A stretch of DNA of 64,000 nt from Candidatus Omnitrophota bacterium. Its GTDB lineage: Bacteria; Omnitrophota; Gorgyraeia; Zapsychrales; Fredricksoniimonadaceae. Below the pieces are notes generated by a model. The model was not told where the DNA came from. It saw nothing but the letters and a program-made list of their open reading frames with translations, and did not search any database. How positions within the stretch are numbered: the first letter of the stretch is position 1; each line of letters opens with the position of its first letter. Both the position numbers and the translations under genes were made by a program. The stretch is taken from positions 280,991-344,990 of the forward strand of contig JBGAJA010000002.1 of assembly GCA_044225175.1 (NCBI GenBank), written 5' to 3'. Of this stretch, positions 1 to 15,300 are shown one piece after another.

Positions 1-310
1 ACCCTGCTGATATCGATATTGTTGCTATCATCAATGATAATTATTCAGGAAAGAAACGATTGAAACTTAAAGGAGAAGAAATCTCCAAAAAGATATTTCA
101 TTCTCATTATGCCAGATTTACCGATTTTGTGGATGTGTCTTTCATGACGCAAAGACAGTTAATGGAGGATTGGGGCGTTAAAACAACACTTGCTAACTTT
201 GGAATTGTATTGAAGGCACAAGACCTTTGGGATGAACCTTTGACCCATGCACGCAAAAGCCATATCAACCGTTTGGAGAAGGCACAGGATCTATTATCTG
301 AGTCTCAAAG
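1..310 (+). other. Domain: C-terminal part of a minimal (Pol beta-like) nucleotidyltransferase fold, copy 1 (inside the giant CDS)
   Basis: The translation DIDIVAII...FTDFVDVSFMTQRQLMEDWGVKTTLANFGIVLKAQDLWDEPLTHARKSHINRL aligns at about 43 percent identity with copy 2 near nt 5150-5345. Confidence 0.5.
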
Positions 311-3300
311 AATACTTGATCTTAATAAACCCTACATTACTGAAGGAGAAGAGGCTTTAGGACGAGTATATAGTCGTTTTGACCAGGCCAACCTATTTCT
401 TTTGAAAGATTATCCACAGTTAGCCTTATCTGAAAACAAAATGAGGAAATTGGCTGTTGAAATCAGACATTATTTAGATAGATCCACTAGATTTGCTGAA
501 AAGCATGCAATGCTTCAATCTATCCAGAATGAATTAATAGAGAGCATCTATTTGGCAAGGCGGGAACTAGTACGAAGGGAATTGGCAAACTTGAATATCA
601 AGGCATTTCAACCTTCTGTAAATATCCGTGCTGGACCTAGAGCCAATCTAGTTCCTATTTCTATTCCTGCAGCAGTTATGCTGGCCTCTATTGGCCTTAA
701 CCCAGACCCTGCCTTAGCAAAGGCATTCATTATTCTAGCAATGATTTTCTTCTTGTTCCTTATTGGAAAGATAATCATCAGTTTTAAGAATTTTTCATGG
801 AGACTTCACCTACGACTGCCATGGACACGTGTTCGAACATTGACTCCCAAAGAGATGCTAGAGACCCTCGAAGACATTGCCATGTCTTATCAGAAGCAAT
901 GGAGCAGAGTTTCTAATCAAAAATTGTTCTTTCAAAGAAAGACAAGAGCATTAGCTAAATCCATTGTCAGAAATACCATCCGAGTAATTTCTCATACCCA
1001 AGCCCCTCAGAATAATTTAAAGTCGGCGATTGTCTTTATTCAGAGACAATTTGAACCTAAAGAAGCAGGACATAATAAAAGCCAAATAATGTATGAAACA
1101 TTACTATTGGCCTTTTGGAAGACAGTTTCTCAAAAGACTTCGATGAAAGACCAAGGAACAAATTTGATTGTCTGGTTGGATAAGTATATAAGCATGGGAC
1201 TGTTGTACTATGCCATTATTGTCCAGATGAAACTGCTTCCGATTGCGATTTTCTCCAGGTATGTGTTATCAAGATGGCGTATTTATATTGAATACAAGAA
1301 AGAAATGAATAGTCATTTTAGAGACGACCCAGAACTCCAAAAGTGGGTCGTTACTATGCAAACCATGATTCAAGAAGGCAAGAAGAATATAGACATAGTT
1401 AATGCTATTAAGAAAGCACCTTTTGCCCACATATCTATTGATCTTTACAAAGACTTGCTGACCTCTTCTTATATGAATTCAAGATCGTTCTATCTTTATA
1501 GTTATTTATACATCTTTGAGGAAATCCAAAGATCATCCTCGAGCGCCAACAGAGAATTTAATATGCGGCAGACCATTGGCATGGTTTTAGGAGATGAGGG
1601 ACTAGAGCTTTTTGACTACGTTACGAAAAGGATGGGTGTCCAAATTCTATTTATTGAGAGAAAAGACGAGGATTTAAATGATCCGAACTTTATTAATCTA
1701 AGAGAAAGAAAAGTTTATCTTAATCAAGGTTCTTCTTTTGTGATGAATGCATTTAGGTTTTTATCACTGGCACGTTTCTTTTTAAACCATAAGTCTTTGG
1801 GTCCTTATCATTTCTTAGTTGATGTTAAAGCGGATAAACTACCGCTGAAATTTCTCTGGAAGTTATTTAGAAATCGATTTAAAGATCCCACAATCAAGGA
1901 CTTATTTAACAAACTGACGGTCAAAGAACGTAGACATTACTTTTTTGTATTATGGCATGCCATGGGTATGGGAACGGCTGTTTCTTGGATCAAATGGGAC
2001 TACACCTATTTAGTTGTCAGAAAATTAAAATTATTAGAACAGACCTCAATATTCTTAAGTGAAATTCATCTTTCCAAACAAAGAATCCAAAATATTAATA
2101 GCGATTATTCGTTGAGTAGCCCTGCTCCACCTAAGCGTCTGGCCTCTAAAGCCATGATATTACCAGCCATCAGACTATTCATTCGACGCATTCATTATCT
2201 ACCCTATCTAGCATTCATCTCTGTTATTTATGTTCCAATTATTGCAGCCATTGATTGGAGCAGATTAAGATTTCTAGCGGATCCTTTTATATGGTTATTC
2301 AATAAGCTCATTGAACTAGCAGAATTCTTGAATCTAAAGGAGTTAGCTCGAATATTGAAAAAAATCGCCCATCAAATCAATGAGGCCCTTCAAGGTGTTT
2401 GGCATATGGTGGAGAATTGGGCAATGAACGTTTGGGAAGTAATAGGTCCATACATTATGAATGTCGCCCATGCTGCTGAAGGATTACTGCACTATTTGAT
2501 TTCCCCTGCAGCTTTCATGTTGGGTGCTGTAGTTATAATCCTCACATACTTCGTCACCAAGCTCATGTTTAAATTTATTCTAAGAAAATCCAGCGAGAGA
2601 ATCGTATGGGTAGGGGCAACAGTAAATATTCTAAAGAAGTTAAACAATGATCCTATTCTAAAAATCATCGGGATCGTTGCAAATAAAATTAGTGTCTGGG
2701 TTGGAGGGCTGTTTTTTATTGGGGGAGCGATTGCGATAACCACTGAGGCTCTTGCTTTCATAGGAAAACACCTTTTGTTAAGGTGGGATTATCTTCGCGG
2801 GTTTAAATATAAAATTTCACTAAGCGATGATTCGTACAAAGCATTTTTCAAAATGATTCATGAAATGTTTTCTCGTATCCAATCACATCTGCCTAAAGAT
2901 TTAAATGAAGACTACAGAAAATTAGTCGTAGAACAAATTCTTAAGAAAGAAGAAGAAATCAAGGAACTCATGACGCAGCTTATTACTTCTGGCATGCGAA
3001 GTATGGAAGAAAATATCACTTCTGCTGCGCCGGTAGCTTCATTAAGAAATGACCACTGGATCAATTTAATACTGGCACCGATGGATTTATTATCGAAGGA
3101 CATCAATGCGCGTTTAGAGACATGGCACTCTATGGGGATTCCTTTTACGCATGTTCATTTTTATTTTACATGCGGATCGTTCTTTGGCATGGCGCTTCTT
3201 ATTTTGATCTTTCTTCCCAGAGAATTCATTAAAATTTATGTCGAAGACATTAAAAGACTTTTCAGGTTTATCTTTACTAAACGAATCAACAGCTTATCCA

Positions 3301-6300
3301 GTGAGTTAAAGAAATTGAGAGGTTTACAAGACATTGACTTTACATTAGAAATTGCCGAGAAAAGATTAGGGCGCTTCACGTATGTTATTAAAGCTTACGG
3401 CCAAGAATTTAATACACGATTAGGGGTTTTTACAAGTGTGTCTAAACTATTTATAAGAACATTCTTTAATAAACCAAGGCCATACCTCTTGCCTGCACCG
3501 CATATAAGCAAGGCTTTTAGTCCAGGGGAAGATGCAAAGAATATAGAAGAAGGTTCTCCTAGTCAAAGTCGAGATGTTGATTCAAGAGATAAGATTCAGA
3601 CGACAACTGTTTTCATGGGTAGTCTGAGTGTTATGCGTGCAGGACCAGAAATACATTCCGTTGATAGCATTAATTGGACGTATGAATTGGCCCATCGCTA
3701 TGGTCCAGTTCTTTCACACGATTTAGTATTAATCCTTGGAGCTTTTGTCTTAATAGTAATGTTGTTTTTTAACAGAATTATTACAGAGTGGATCTTTAAG
3801 TTTATATCGAAAAGTAATGCAAGAATTCTTAATAAGGATAGCAATCCCTTGAAGATCAGAATGACCTCCATTGAAAACCACACCATAGTCATCCAATACT
3901 CCAGAAACAAATTCACAAATATCTATCGCAGCACAGACAATGATGTTTTGCTGATGGATTCCCAGAGACGATCAAAAGATATTTTTGTATATAAGGCTGC
4001 CCAGGCAATTTCAATTAAAGAAGATCAAAAGTTGAGACATGGAGACATAGAGATATTGGTTGAACCAGGCAGTATGGTTACGATTAAGAATTTCGGGAAA
4101 AAGCCAATTAAGATTATGACTGAGTCCGAACTCTCATTAGATGACCAGGACTATTTTAGAAGAGGTACAGCGGTAGTATTAGGTGGCGGTTATTTGTTGC
4201 TTGTATTTAATCGTATTTTGTTTGATTTTAACCTCATAGAAGTTGCTGGATTAACTCTGGCCCTCATCTTATTTCTAGTAAAAAGAACAGACGATGATAA
4301 ACCCACAAAGTTAAATTATTTAATTTATCGCATCCTTAATAGAACAGAAAACATCATTAATTACATTGATGATTTCTTTAGAAGGACAAACAAGAAGCGC
4401 TTCTTCCTTATTCCTCAATTTTTCAGGTCATGGAAACCATCTACTCAGTCTTTTAATGATGATCAAATTGATTTTGTGGTTTCTTATTTGCATGGTTTAG
4501 TCGCATCTCGTAAGATTTTCTCAGAGAATGATTTAATATGGACGTATCGACTAGCTAAGAGCTGCATTCAAGTTAGACAAATCGATCGTTTTGTTCAGGA
4601 ACATTTGGAAAAATGGGCTAGGGAGAGCCGGGATTTACGTGTTCTTTCGGCTATTATTACCGGATGGATCCAAGCTCCCCAAAGCAGAGGAGGCATTGAT
4701 AGATTAACGCAGATATTGATTAAAACCCACGGATTTTCTAAGAAAACAGTTACATCCTCTCTTTTAATGAAAATTGCCAAGCAAGGTGCGGACCAGGCGA
4801 GGTATGAATCGGTAGATGATGATGTCTCAGATGATAGGGTCCCTTCTTATAGAAAACAACTGAGGGACCGCTCGATCTACAAGCATCAACGTTTCGGTCT
4901 TCAAAAGAAAATTTTAAGACGCGTAGCATCTATCGATGTCACGCGACTAAAAGCATTCTTAGAAGAAGAGTTGTCCAACATCTCATCACAGAAAAATTCA
5001 ACTCAAGGGTGCGTTAAAACAATCATAGTCTTTGGAAGTTTTCTTTATGGAACTCGTCGAGAACCAACTGATTTGGATGTTTATGTCATTGTTGAAGGGG
5101 TTGAAGTTAAACAACTCGTTAAGAAGACAGTAAACATTCCTAGATATGTGTTCTCAGATGAATACTCACGATTAACACGATTTGCAGATTTGCATTTTAT
5201 GAATCGAGAAGAGTTAATAAGAGACATAGGTTTTCGAACATCAGCAGCGAATGTCGGAATTGTGTTAAGAGGAGAAGGATTAAGAGATGAGCCTTTGACC
5301 AATGCTAGATCCTCCGATTTTAATCGTCTTGTCCGTGCCTCAACGGCCATGAAACATGGCATGAAAATGATAGAAAGCACTGTCGAACATGATCGTCGTT
5401 ATCCTGATGCCATTCCTGTATGGAGGGCCAAAGCATGGAGACGTATTACGGAATCCCATTTATTTATCCAAGAGGTAGATTCTTCTGTGACAGCGCACGA
5501 GGATTTTATTGAGGAACTATTATATGGGATGGAGCGTTACAATGAAGATCCTCATAAGAACCATGATGATTTTCAGTGGCAGCTTAAGCGCACTCACGCC
5601 TTAGTAATAGCATCATTACATTATGCCCGCATGTCATTAGTTTGGCGTTATTTAAGAAGTGTTCGTCCTCCTCAAGTTCCGACAATAAGACATAAGAGGG
5701 CCTTTGGCATAACGGTTTTGCCTGTTGTGTTGTCTGGTTTATTTACCGCAGCATGCTCCATCATCTTTATTGTAAGACACCAGTTATCGATGGAATACGA
5801 GTCTCTAGTGAACATAGGAGCGCGCCTAGAAATTTTAATACCAATTCTCTTGCTGTCAGGGATCTTTGCAGTACCTTTCCGCAGAAATTCTAAGAAATCT
5901 GCTGTGATTAAAATTCAAGGCAAGCCAGAGGAAGAATATTTGTTAATGCTGAGGTTTTTCTTTGTCAATTTATTGTCTATCAATTTTCGGCTTATGCAAA
6001 TTACAACTCAGGAGAGCCCAGATCGAAGAAAGTTCAGACCCATTATTAAAGACTTAGTGAACATTAGCCGTAATTTTAAGGAACGGTTGAGCGCTACACA
6101 GAAAGCTTATGATCAAGAATCAATTCCTTATAAACGAAATTTACTTTCTTCCCGCATCGAGTGGATGACAATTATGAATACTAAACTGATCAGGGCTTGG
6201 GGTTTATTGACAGATAAAGCTAATGGCCCCGCGGTCAGCCAAATTCTTTTATTTCAAGCCGATTCTTTGTTTAAGAGATACACCCAAGCCCATTTAAAGA

Positions 6301-9300
6301 AAGTAGAAAGAGACCGCATTCGATTAAGAAGCAGGCACTTGGATTATCCTACAGGCAAAGGGCGTATTTGGACAAACGTGAAAGAGAATGTGGATAAGCT
6401 TACCCGATGGGCCCACACTTCAACTAAAATTTCTAAAGGAATGGAAATCACAAGCCCTCAAGTCATTGAAATTAGTTTTAAAAGCCGGTGGCAGATGAAT
6501 CGTTCCAATGGTCATGCGCTGAATTCTGTGATGGCAAATCAAAAGAAATTCCAATTGATTGTTGAGACGCTTCAAGAATTAGAAAAGCAATTAATCACCT
6601 ATAAAGAAAAAGGATCCATAGACCCTCCTTTATTAATGCAATTATTTGATCCGATCGTCAGATTACTAGATCAATTTATCGGTCGAGATACGAAGACAAT
6701 TATTGAAGAGCTTGAGTTAGCTGCATCAGCATGGCAAACCGCTGAAATGCTTCTTAAAAGCAAGAATTGGAAATGGGGAATGACAACGATCAGTTGGGCC
6801 AAAAGATTTTTCGAAGGACGATTAAAAGAATTGCAACAGCAAAGGATTTATTATGAACAGAACAAACTCCTTCCTACATTTGGCATGACATTTGAACGGA
6901 ATGCCTCTATTTTTCAGCGAGTCGTAGAAATCGAAACAGACGGAAAGTGGAATACAACTGTCATCACAAGACTCATCAAAGACCTAGAACCCAATCAAGA
7001 TCCAGATATTGTACTTATCTTAAATTCTTTGATGGACGCTCAAAAGCATTACGTACAAGGAAAACGAGTACGTGCAAGCAAATATCTGGCTGAGGCCAAG
7101 CTAAGGGTGGGAAATTCGAACCTGCTCTATGAATTCTTAATGATTTATAGAGACCATGTTAAAGGCTTTATTTTAGATGGATATCTTTTAAAAGATGCTC
7201 ACCACACGGGTTTTATTAAAGCTTTTGAACAATTTTTACTAGACCACCCTCAAGAAGTGAGATTCAAAGCAGTATGGACATACCGTTTCTTCCAGGCTGT
7301 TTTTGTCAGATTTAAAGTCGAAGCACCTAAGCAAAAAGGAAAAAGGGTCATAAAAATTCCTAATCCTTTATTTATTTGGTTCTCAAAATTAATTGAAACG
7401 ATTGAATCCAAAGGGTTCTTTCAATTACCTAAAGCTGAACGTGAAAAAATCCCCTATCAAATTGCGCAGGAATTAGAACTTGATCTGCCACCAACGAAGG
7501 TTGAAGAAACGATCAAAGCAGTGACGTCTTACATTCCAAACACCCAACATCTTCCAATAGCAGCTAATAGTGTGGACCAATGGCTGATCGATTTAGGATT
7601 ACAGGCCTTAAATTATTCACGCAATACACTCTTTAATAGACGAGGAACTCGTATTTTTATCAGAGCCCTTAATTTACATGTGCAGCAAATGCAGGATGTG
7701 ATTGAATGGATTGCAGAACAAAGCAAACTCAGAGGTAGAATCGTCTATGCTAAGCCCACCCCCAATAAAACTCCCGAAGGCGAAGAAATTTGGCACTTAA
7801 TTTCTTCTAAAACTTACGCCAGACTTGACCCAAAAGACAGAAAAGTTTACCACAAACTTGAAAATATTCCTGATCCTCATCTCAAATGGCTTGGTATTGA
7901 TCGCGAAGATCTGAGAAGAACATTTACTTTAGAGATAGCTAGGCAAGCGGTTGAGTTAGGTAAGGAAACAGGTAATCAAACCATGGTTGATATTTATCAA
8001 CCGTTCTTGGATTGGTTGCAGCAATCCTATAGACCAGATCCTAATGAGTCTTCTATCTCCATGCAGGAGCCATTTGCTTATATCGAAGGTAATGCCATAG
8101 TGATGGCATCTATTTATTCCAAACTTTCCCCGCATCTAGAAAGGCGAGTCCAAGAACATGAACGCCTTCATTTGAAACACCCCACGATCACTGATGAAAT
8201 GGTCATTTGTCAAAAACATGCTCAAGCTGTCCTCATGGATCAAATCAAAACAATCAGCACCTTCAAAGGCACAAGTTTTTCAAGCCGTGACTTTCAAAAT
8301 AAAATCAAGGCTATTTTAGCCTATGAAGGAAAATCTAAGGAAAAAGTCCAGAAATTCATAAGAGTGGCCATCAAAACCATGGCCCAGCTTGTCCAAGATA
8401 ATGATCAATTGCAAATATTTTATGGTTTATTAGGAGAAATTATAGGCGTATATCAGGTGCTTTTTAGCCAGAATACCGTGCTGGAAGGTCTTGATTTGGG
8501 AGACATTAAAGAAATCAATTTAGAATTGGCTATTAATGGCAAACCCCGAGAAATGGACTGCGTTACTTCTCGTGCCCTCATTGAAATCAAATTTCAACTG
8601 ACATGGTACAAATTGCTTGAACAAATCATTAATAACCGTAAGGATGGAGGGAGTTCATATTTAGCATCTTTGGAATGGGAATCACTTGGATTTGGACACA
8701 TTCGTAAAATTATCTATTTTGGATACAAAGATTATGGTTCTATGGCGCAAGGCCTTATTGAGTACTTAAAGAATCATCCTGCAGATCTAAGTCATTTGAA
8801 ATTCACAGAAGAAGGCTTCCGTTTTGAGATTTCTTTCCAAAAGTTGTTTGATTTTCTTTTTTCTAAAGAAATCCAAAAAGCAGTGCAAGAAGAGAACCGG
8901 CGACGATCTCTAGTGAGCTATTGGCAGGAAAGATCTCAAGCTGTATTTGAATTGATCCAACGCCTTGCCCATCGTTTGAGCGAAGAGCCTAAAACATTAG
9001 TCATTGCTGTCCATCAAGCAAGGAAAAAGGACTTAGCCATTTTAAGAAATCTAGGAAAAGGAGTTACGAGCCAAAGTGATTCTAAGGAAGAGTTCTTGAG
9101 CTATAGGACCTCCAAATACATGCAATTCTTTTACACTATTTGGCCTAAGACTTTAGGCCATCTTAAAGGAATTGGAATGATTCCAAGTGAACATGAAAGT
9201 CATGTGATTATCCGCAATGGTGACAATCAACCTAAATGGACAATTTCACTAGAAGACCTAAGGAGGGCTTTAGAAGACATATATTCCTTAGACACATCTT

Positions 9301-12300
9301 CAGAGTCCGTTTTATCTACCGAGGAAGTCATAGACCTCGTTTGGGTCAAATATTCAGAACCTACTGAAACTCTCGGGCTGGAAGCTCAGAGAACTTGGCT
9401 GTTAGAAAATAAGATCCAAAATCAAGAGTGGTCCCTGGAAGAGATTGATTATCGCCTAGAAAAACTCTTTGAGGCCATCCAAATGGATGAACTTTTTAAC
9501 CTGGAGATAGATCAACTCAATATTAAGAAATCTATTGAGCAGAATGGTTTTCTTAACCTTCCTGAAGACAAGTTAATTGCACTAGCTTCAAAAATCAAAG
9601 AATACCATGCCCACTTGCAGGAGTTCTTTGATCTTCTTTATCAAGCCTGTGAGCGATTCAATCAAATGGCTCAGAAAGAACGTGAACGTCACAATAGATT
9701 GGGCATTTATGATCGTCAGAGAATATTATTGCAAGTGCTTTTAACATGGAACCCCACAGACCGATATTTAAGGAGAAAACTGGCTTTTATCAGTAATTTA
9801 CTCGGTCAGCAGGATCAAGCCGAAGCAATCCTCTTGGGCGTAAGACCGCGGGCTGAAGATGATGTGATTGAGGCTGCTAATGTGAAATTAGACATGGCCA
9901 GGCATTTGTATGGACAATTGAAAATAGACTTAATGTACCGCCGTTCTGCTCTAGGCGAGATATTAGAAGAAATATTATCTAAGTCCCGTCAAGGCAGAGA
10001 CATCTTAAGAACTTTTATTTTATCGCACAAAAAGGGCTCACCTATCCATAAGTTGTCAATGGTCTACTCCAAATTAGCTTCATTCCATGAATTAATTGGA
10101 ACAATTTACAACCGGCTTTCAATGACAGCCTATTTACGCAAATCTCAAGAGTATAATTTAATGGCTTTTCAATCCATGGTTCATGCCGTGTCATTAACTG
10201 TTCAGGCCCTTAAAATGGATTCTAATAACTGGCATGCCATTCGTAAGCTACCCATGATTCTTTCGCTTACTCAGCGAACGATTCAGAATCTCAAGATCAC
10301 CATTCAAAACTCTGAAAATATCTATAAATCATTGGAAGAATTAAAAAAAGCCTTAGGAGATTTAAATATACCTTCATTTCAATCACACAAAGCAAGGATT
10401 GATGAAATTATTCAGGAAAAGCTTGAGATATGTTTGTTTTATGAAAACCTGAGCGGACGTTTTGTTGCAGTGACAATAGAAATGCTCAAAAAGGATCTCT
10501 ATACCACTCAGGAAGATTTAATAAAAGCGATCTTAGCTAACAGTGAATTAGGGAAAGAAGATGAGATTCGCAGATTAGAGGAAGTCTTCAGACATAGAAT
10601 GCGAGAACTCGATCTTATTGCTTTAGACATGGCCATTATTTATTTCTATTTTGAACTTGAGGAAGAGCTGCGTGATTTAGAGAAGCTTCCTGCTTATCTA
10701 CAAATGGTCACAGGCCTTGAGAAAATTCAGATCCGAGATATTAAAGACAGGGTAGTTAATAAAAAAGATTTTTATGCTTTGTTAGGGATAGAAGTGACTG
10801 AGAAAACAACTACGGAGGAGGAACCTCAAAACATTCTTTATAATAAAACTAATATCCGACATTTCTTGATCCAAGATCCCTTAAGATTGGAACAGCTATA
10901 TGAACGTTTACAACAACTTCGAGGATGGATGAAATATAAAGAATTTCAGTCCTTGTATGATCTTTATCAACAGGTCAAAGATAAAGTGACAGACTTCTTG
11001 AACCAGGGGAATGATGTCATTGAGTCATCTAAGAAAGAGGTGACTCCTCAATTAGCCAAGTTAAGAAATTTACGTGTAGGTCCACAAGGATATGTAACAC
11101 AGCGTCAGCAATTAGAGCAAAAAATTGAGAATGTTGTCAGAAAAGTTAAAGAGCAATTAAGTCAGGGAAAAGACCAATTAATGCAGTATTTTAAAATTAT
11201 CCAAGAAGTAGAGGCTATTTATAAGTCTAAATGGATTAAGGAAGTTAAAGCCAGGATCGAATCAGCCATTAAGGAAATGGAATTACTGCAACACAGCCAG
11301 AATAAGAACTATTTGTCCAGATGGCGTTACCAAGAGCTTTTAAATCAAAGAACCCATTACGATGTTATCTTGGCACCTTTATTTGAGCATAGAGGTCTTC
11401 TTAAAGAAATCCACCAGATCATACAAGAAGTTGAAGGAATGCTGGCTCAGAAAGATATTCTCAATGGCCATATGTCAACATGGGCATTAATGTGGCAAGC
11501 GATCAAAGAATCTTATGAGGATGTCGCTTTTGAAGATCAAGCTTTTGTACAAATCTCTATGAGTAAATTTGAAATGATGATCTTTGCTAAGAAATTAAGA
11601 AAAACAGTAAAGACCAACCAGGATTTCGATACTCTTAGGAAGAGGCATGGGGAGTTGGAGAAAACTTACATGCTACATAACGGCATTTATTTAAATCCAT
11701 CCACAGAATACTCTTTCAAGGAAAAAGAGATCAAAGATCTTTTGAGTCAATGGCAACAGAAGTATGAAGAGTGGATGGCCTTGCCATTTGATTCGAAGAA
11801 TTTCATCCCCTATGCATTGAGAGTAAAGGTTATTTATAAAGAACTGCTTGAGTCGATCAAGGACATTCAAGAAAAGATCAGGATTTTAGTCAATGAAAAG
11901 AACTCAGTACTGCTTGTCCAAATAGAAGATCTTGAGAAGTTTGTCAATGAGTTCTTTGTATGGATCGAAGGGGAAATCCTACCTACATATAAAGGTCATA
12001 CAAGATCTAAGACGAATTTACATCAATTTATGAAAATATTTAGAAATTACATTCATTCTTTAAAAGGGATATTAGCCACTGATGTCGACGATAAGAATTA
12101 TCTGCGATTAGTCGCGCAGGGTACAGAGAAACTGAACTGTTTAGCATCTTTAGCGGTATCTTTACAAGTTATTTATAACGAGGAACTTGGTTGTATAAAA
12201 AATACTCTGTTAAAATATGTTCCCCGCTTTGAGACACGTTCCAATGAATACGATCTCGCAGAATCTTTTTCTGCAAGTATATTCGGTGTTAAACAAAACC

Positions 12301-15300
12301 ATCCAAGCTCTCTTACATACAGAATAAGTCAAGCTCAATCAGAATTAAGAAAATGGTTAAATTATAAAGATGGTCCTATGCCTTACTGGGAGTGGTCTAA
12401 TGTAAATTTTATAACTTTAAATGTATACCTTTTTTTATGGTCCAATAATAATTCTTTGCCAATCCCACCTTTATATGAGGTAGTTCAAAAAGCATACAAA
12501 GATATTGTATCTAGAAGGTTAGAAGTATTCCAAAAGAACCCTAATCCTCTAAGAAAACCTATGACTACGATTAGTATTCTTAAGGGGTGGAGGACCATAC
12601 AAGGCGTTCTCAATCGGGTCTTAACTAATCACATAGAAGGATGGTCTTTCTTGCTAATAAAGAGAAAATTTGGCGACGTATTTAATAAAGCCCAATCGAT
12701 CAAGGAGAATAATGCAAAGAAATTATCTGTTCATATTTGGCCTTTGATGTTGATTGGGATGGGATTAACCATAGGGCAGCAGTACGGTATCTATGGAATC
12801 CGTGCAGGGGCTCAGTCGCAATATGTTCTTGGTTCGCAACAGATTTTATTTTCTGTGCTGGGCGTATTAAGTGGCATTTTGGCTTTGCTAGTAGTTGGCC
12901 TTATCCTCATATTCCTTTCGGATATCTGGAGAGCTTTTAAAGATCCCAATTCAAAAATTTATAGGATTTTAGATGTTGTTTTAACTGTCCTCATGATCCC
13001 TTTATGGATTCCTGTGAGCTTCTTAATGGGATTATATGTATTTGTTCTTTTGAAACACCATGGTTCATCTCAATCGGTCCTTTTTAAACAAGAAAGAATC
13101 GGACATCAAGATCAACCATTTATGATCTACAAATTCTGCTCCATAATTAATACTTCCAACGGAAAAGAGATTGTTCTCAAGCATTTACGTAAATCTGGTT
13201 TAGATGAAATTCCTCAAGTCATCAATATTTTCAAACGACAAATGTCATTATGGGGGCCGCGGCCTGTTCGACAGGAAGACATTGATAATGGCCGTTATCC
13301 AGACTATTCATTAGAAATACGAAGAAGATTACCAGGATACCTAAGCCTTTTCGTTCTTGACCGAGGCGCCGGTGATGGACATTCTCCCAAGGACCAGAAA
13401 ACGATTGAAGCACAAGGCAAGCGATTCCAAGAATTGTCACAGCGGGAATATGAGCATTGGAGCCCTATCCTTGCAATTAGTCTTATACTTGAATTTGGAT
13501 TTTATCTTTTGAAATTTATAGTAAGACTATTTGGTTTTGGAAATAAACTCAGAGGGCCGCCTTCTTTAATTATAAATGATGTAAAAATCCTGCCTACGCT
13601 GACCCCAGAAGATACTCTCGAGCTTCCTCCTCCATCAGATTTAAAAGACAAAGGTTTTCTTACAAAGTCGATATTCATTAAAGATCAGATCCAACAAGGC
13701 CAATTGAGTACGATTGTTCTTCCAGATTTCCCATATAACTCTCCAATATTAATCCGTATATTTGAATGGCTCGATGGGGATGAATCCATCCGAGAATTGA
13801 TGGACATAGTCTACGGGTATATCCCGTCTTTAAAATTGTTTAACCATGTGTCTTTGATCACGCTTTTAGATGAAGTCAGAACATGGAAACCAAAGAACCT
13901 GATTGCAACTATTGGTGCACAAACTAATACACGAGAAGAGATTCAACGACGATTATTCGATGCTATTAATCATGGCGCAACAGGTGTTTTGGTGGTCTCT
14001 GGCGGAGGAGCATGGCGACGAATATTCACGGGTATTGTCTCTATATTAAATATCCTCTCACCGCTTCTTATCACAGTATTTATCGCAAGGATCATTCAGC
14101 GTAAATATCTTTCTATGGATTCAATGAAAATCCTGGAACTTATCAGTGAAATGAAACAACGAGGACAGATCGCTCAAACAATTACTGTATGGGCTGTAGC
14201 TAATCCTTATCGAGATTCTATTAAAAGGATTGAACATAAGATTGAGTGTGGGGCACAGAGAATATTGATCCAACCGCCAATTCTTTGGGAATTATTTACA
14301 TCGTGGTGGAGAGAAGCCCAGACAAGCAAGCTTAAAGAAAAAATCATTGTAGGCATTCCTTATATTGCATCATTGAAGTCGTTGGAATTTTGGTTTTTCT
14401 TAATGAATATTAAGACTTCAAACTGGCCATTCTTTAGAAATCGATTGACCCAAGATGCTTATAATTTGCAACAGCAATTTATTCAGGTCCAGAAGTTAGG
14501 GAAAAAAGCTGAAGAAACATTCATTGAACAATGGAATGCCGATTTCAAATCTCGAGTGCATCATTTGTCAGGATTTATAGGGGGCCATCACATGCCTGTT
14601 ATGGCATGGGGACGGGTGGGCCGCAAAGAAATCAATGAGATGAGAGATAAGCTGCAGACCCTATTAGGAACAGTGATTGAATGGGGAGGGAATTCTTATA
14701 GCGTAGATGCCAACATGGTTGTGTTACATCGAGTCTTAAGTGTTTTACTTCGGATGATTGATGAAAAGAAGATCGATCTTAAAGGTACCTCTGCGTTGAT
14801 CGAGAGGATCTTTTTTATTCATACCATTGCCCCCAATAGTTCTCAGCTTATGATTGATCCAAGGCCTCTGTATAGAAATAAGAAGTTTATTGGACGCTTT
14901 GATATTCTTTTTGATTTAAGGCAGCTGGGCAAATTATCTGTATCGGCACTCGAGAAAAACATAGTCATGGTATTAAATATCAACTCTCAAGAAGTTCCCT
15001 CGAAGGCCCTTATGCTTTCGGATCCAGCCCCCATTAGCCAAAGCAGAATCCTCTGGCAATTTAACTACGCCTTTTGGAGAAATCTAAAAGGTCATTTGGA
15101 TGCCACAGGTCAAGACTTCGATGCATCCATTGCAGGCTCTCCGGATTCTAACGATCAATATGTCGAATATTTAGCCAAAAGATTTTTAATCAAGCTCATT
15201 GCTGCCATTAAACAGGAGCCTTCCCAAAGATATTTCTTTCTTGAGATAGGAAGCGCAGGGGCGAAATTCGTTCAACTGTTCTTAACTAAGCTCATGGCAT

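Noticed and set aside
60-62. ORF-track start of the giant gene at nt 60
   Set aside because: The codon at 60 is TTG and the same frame has no stop back to nt 3. The upstream translation continues a nucleotidyltransferase motif, so the real start lies outside the window.
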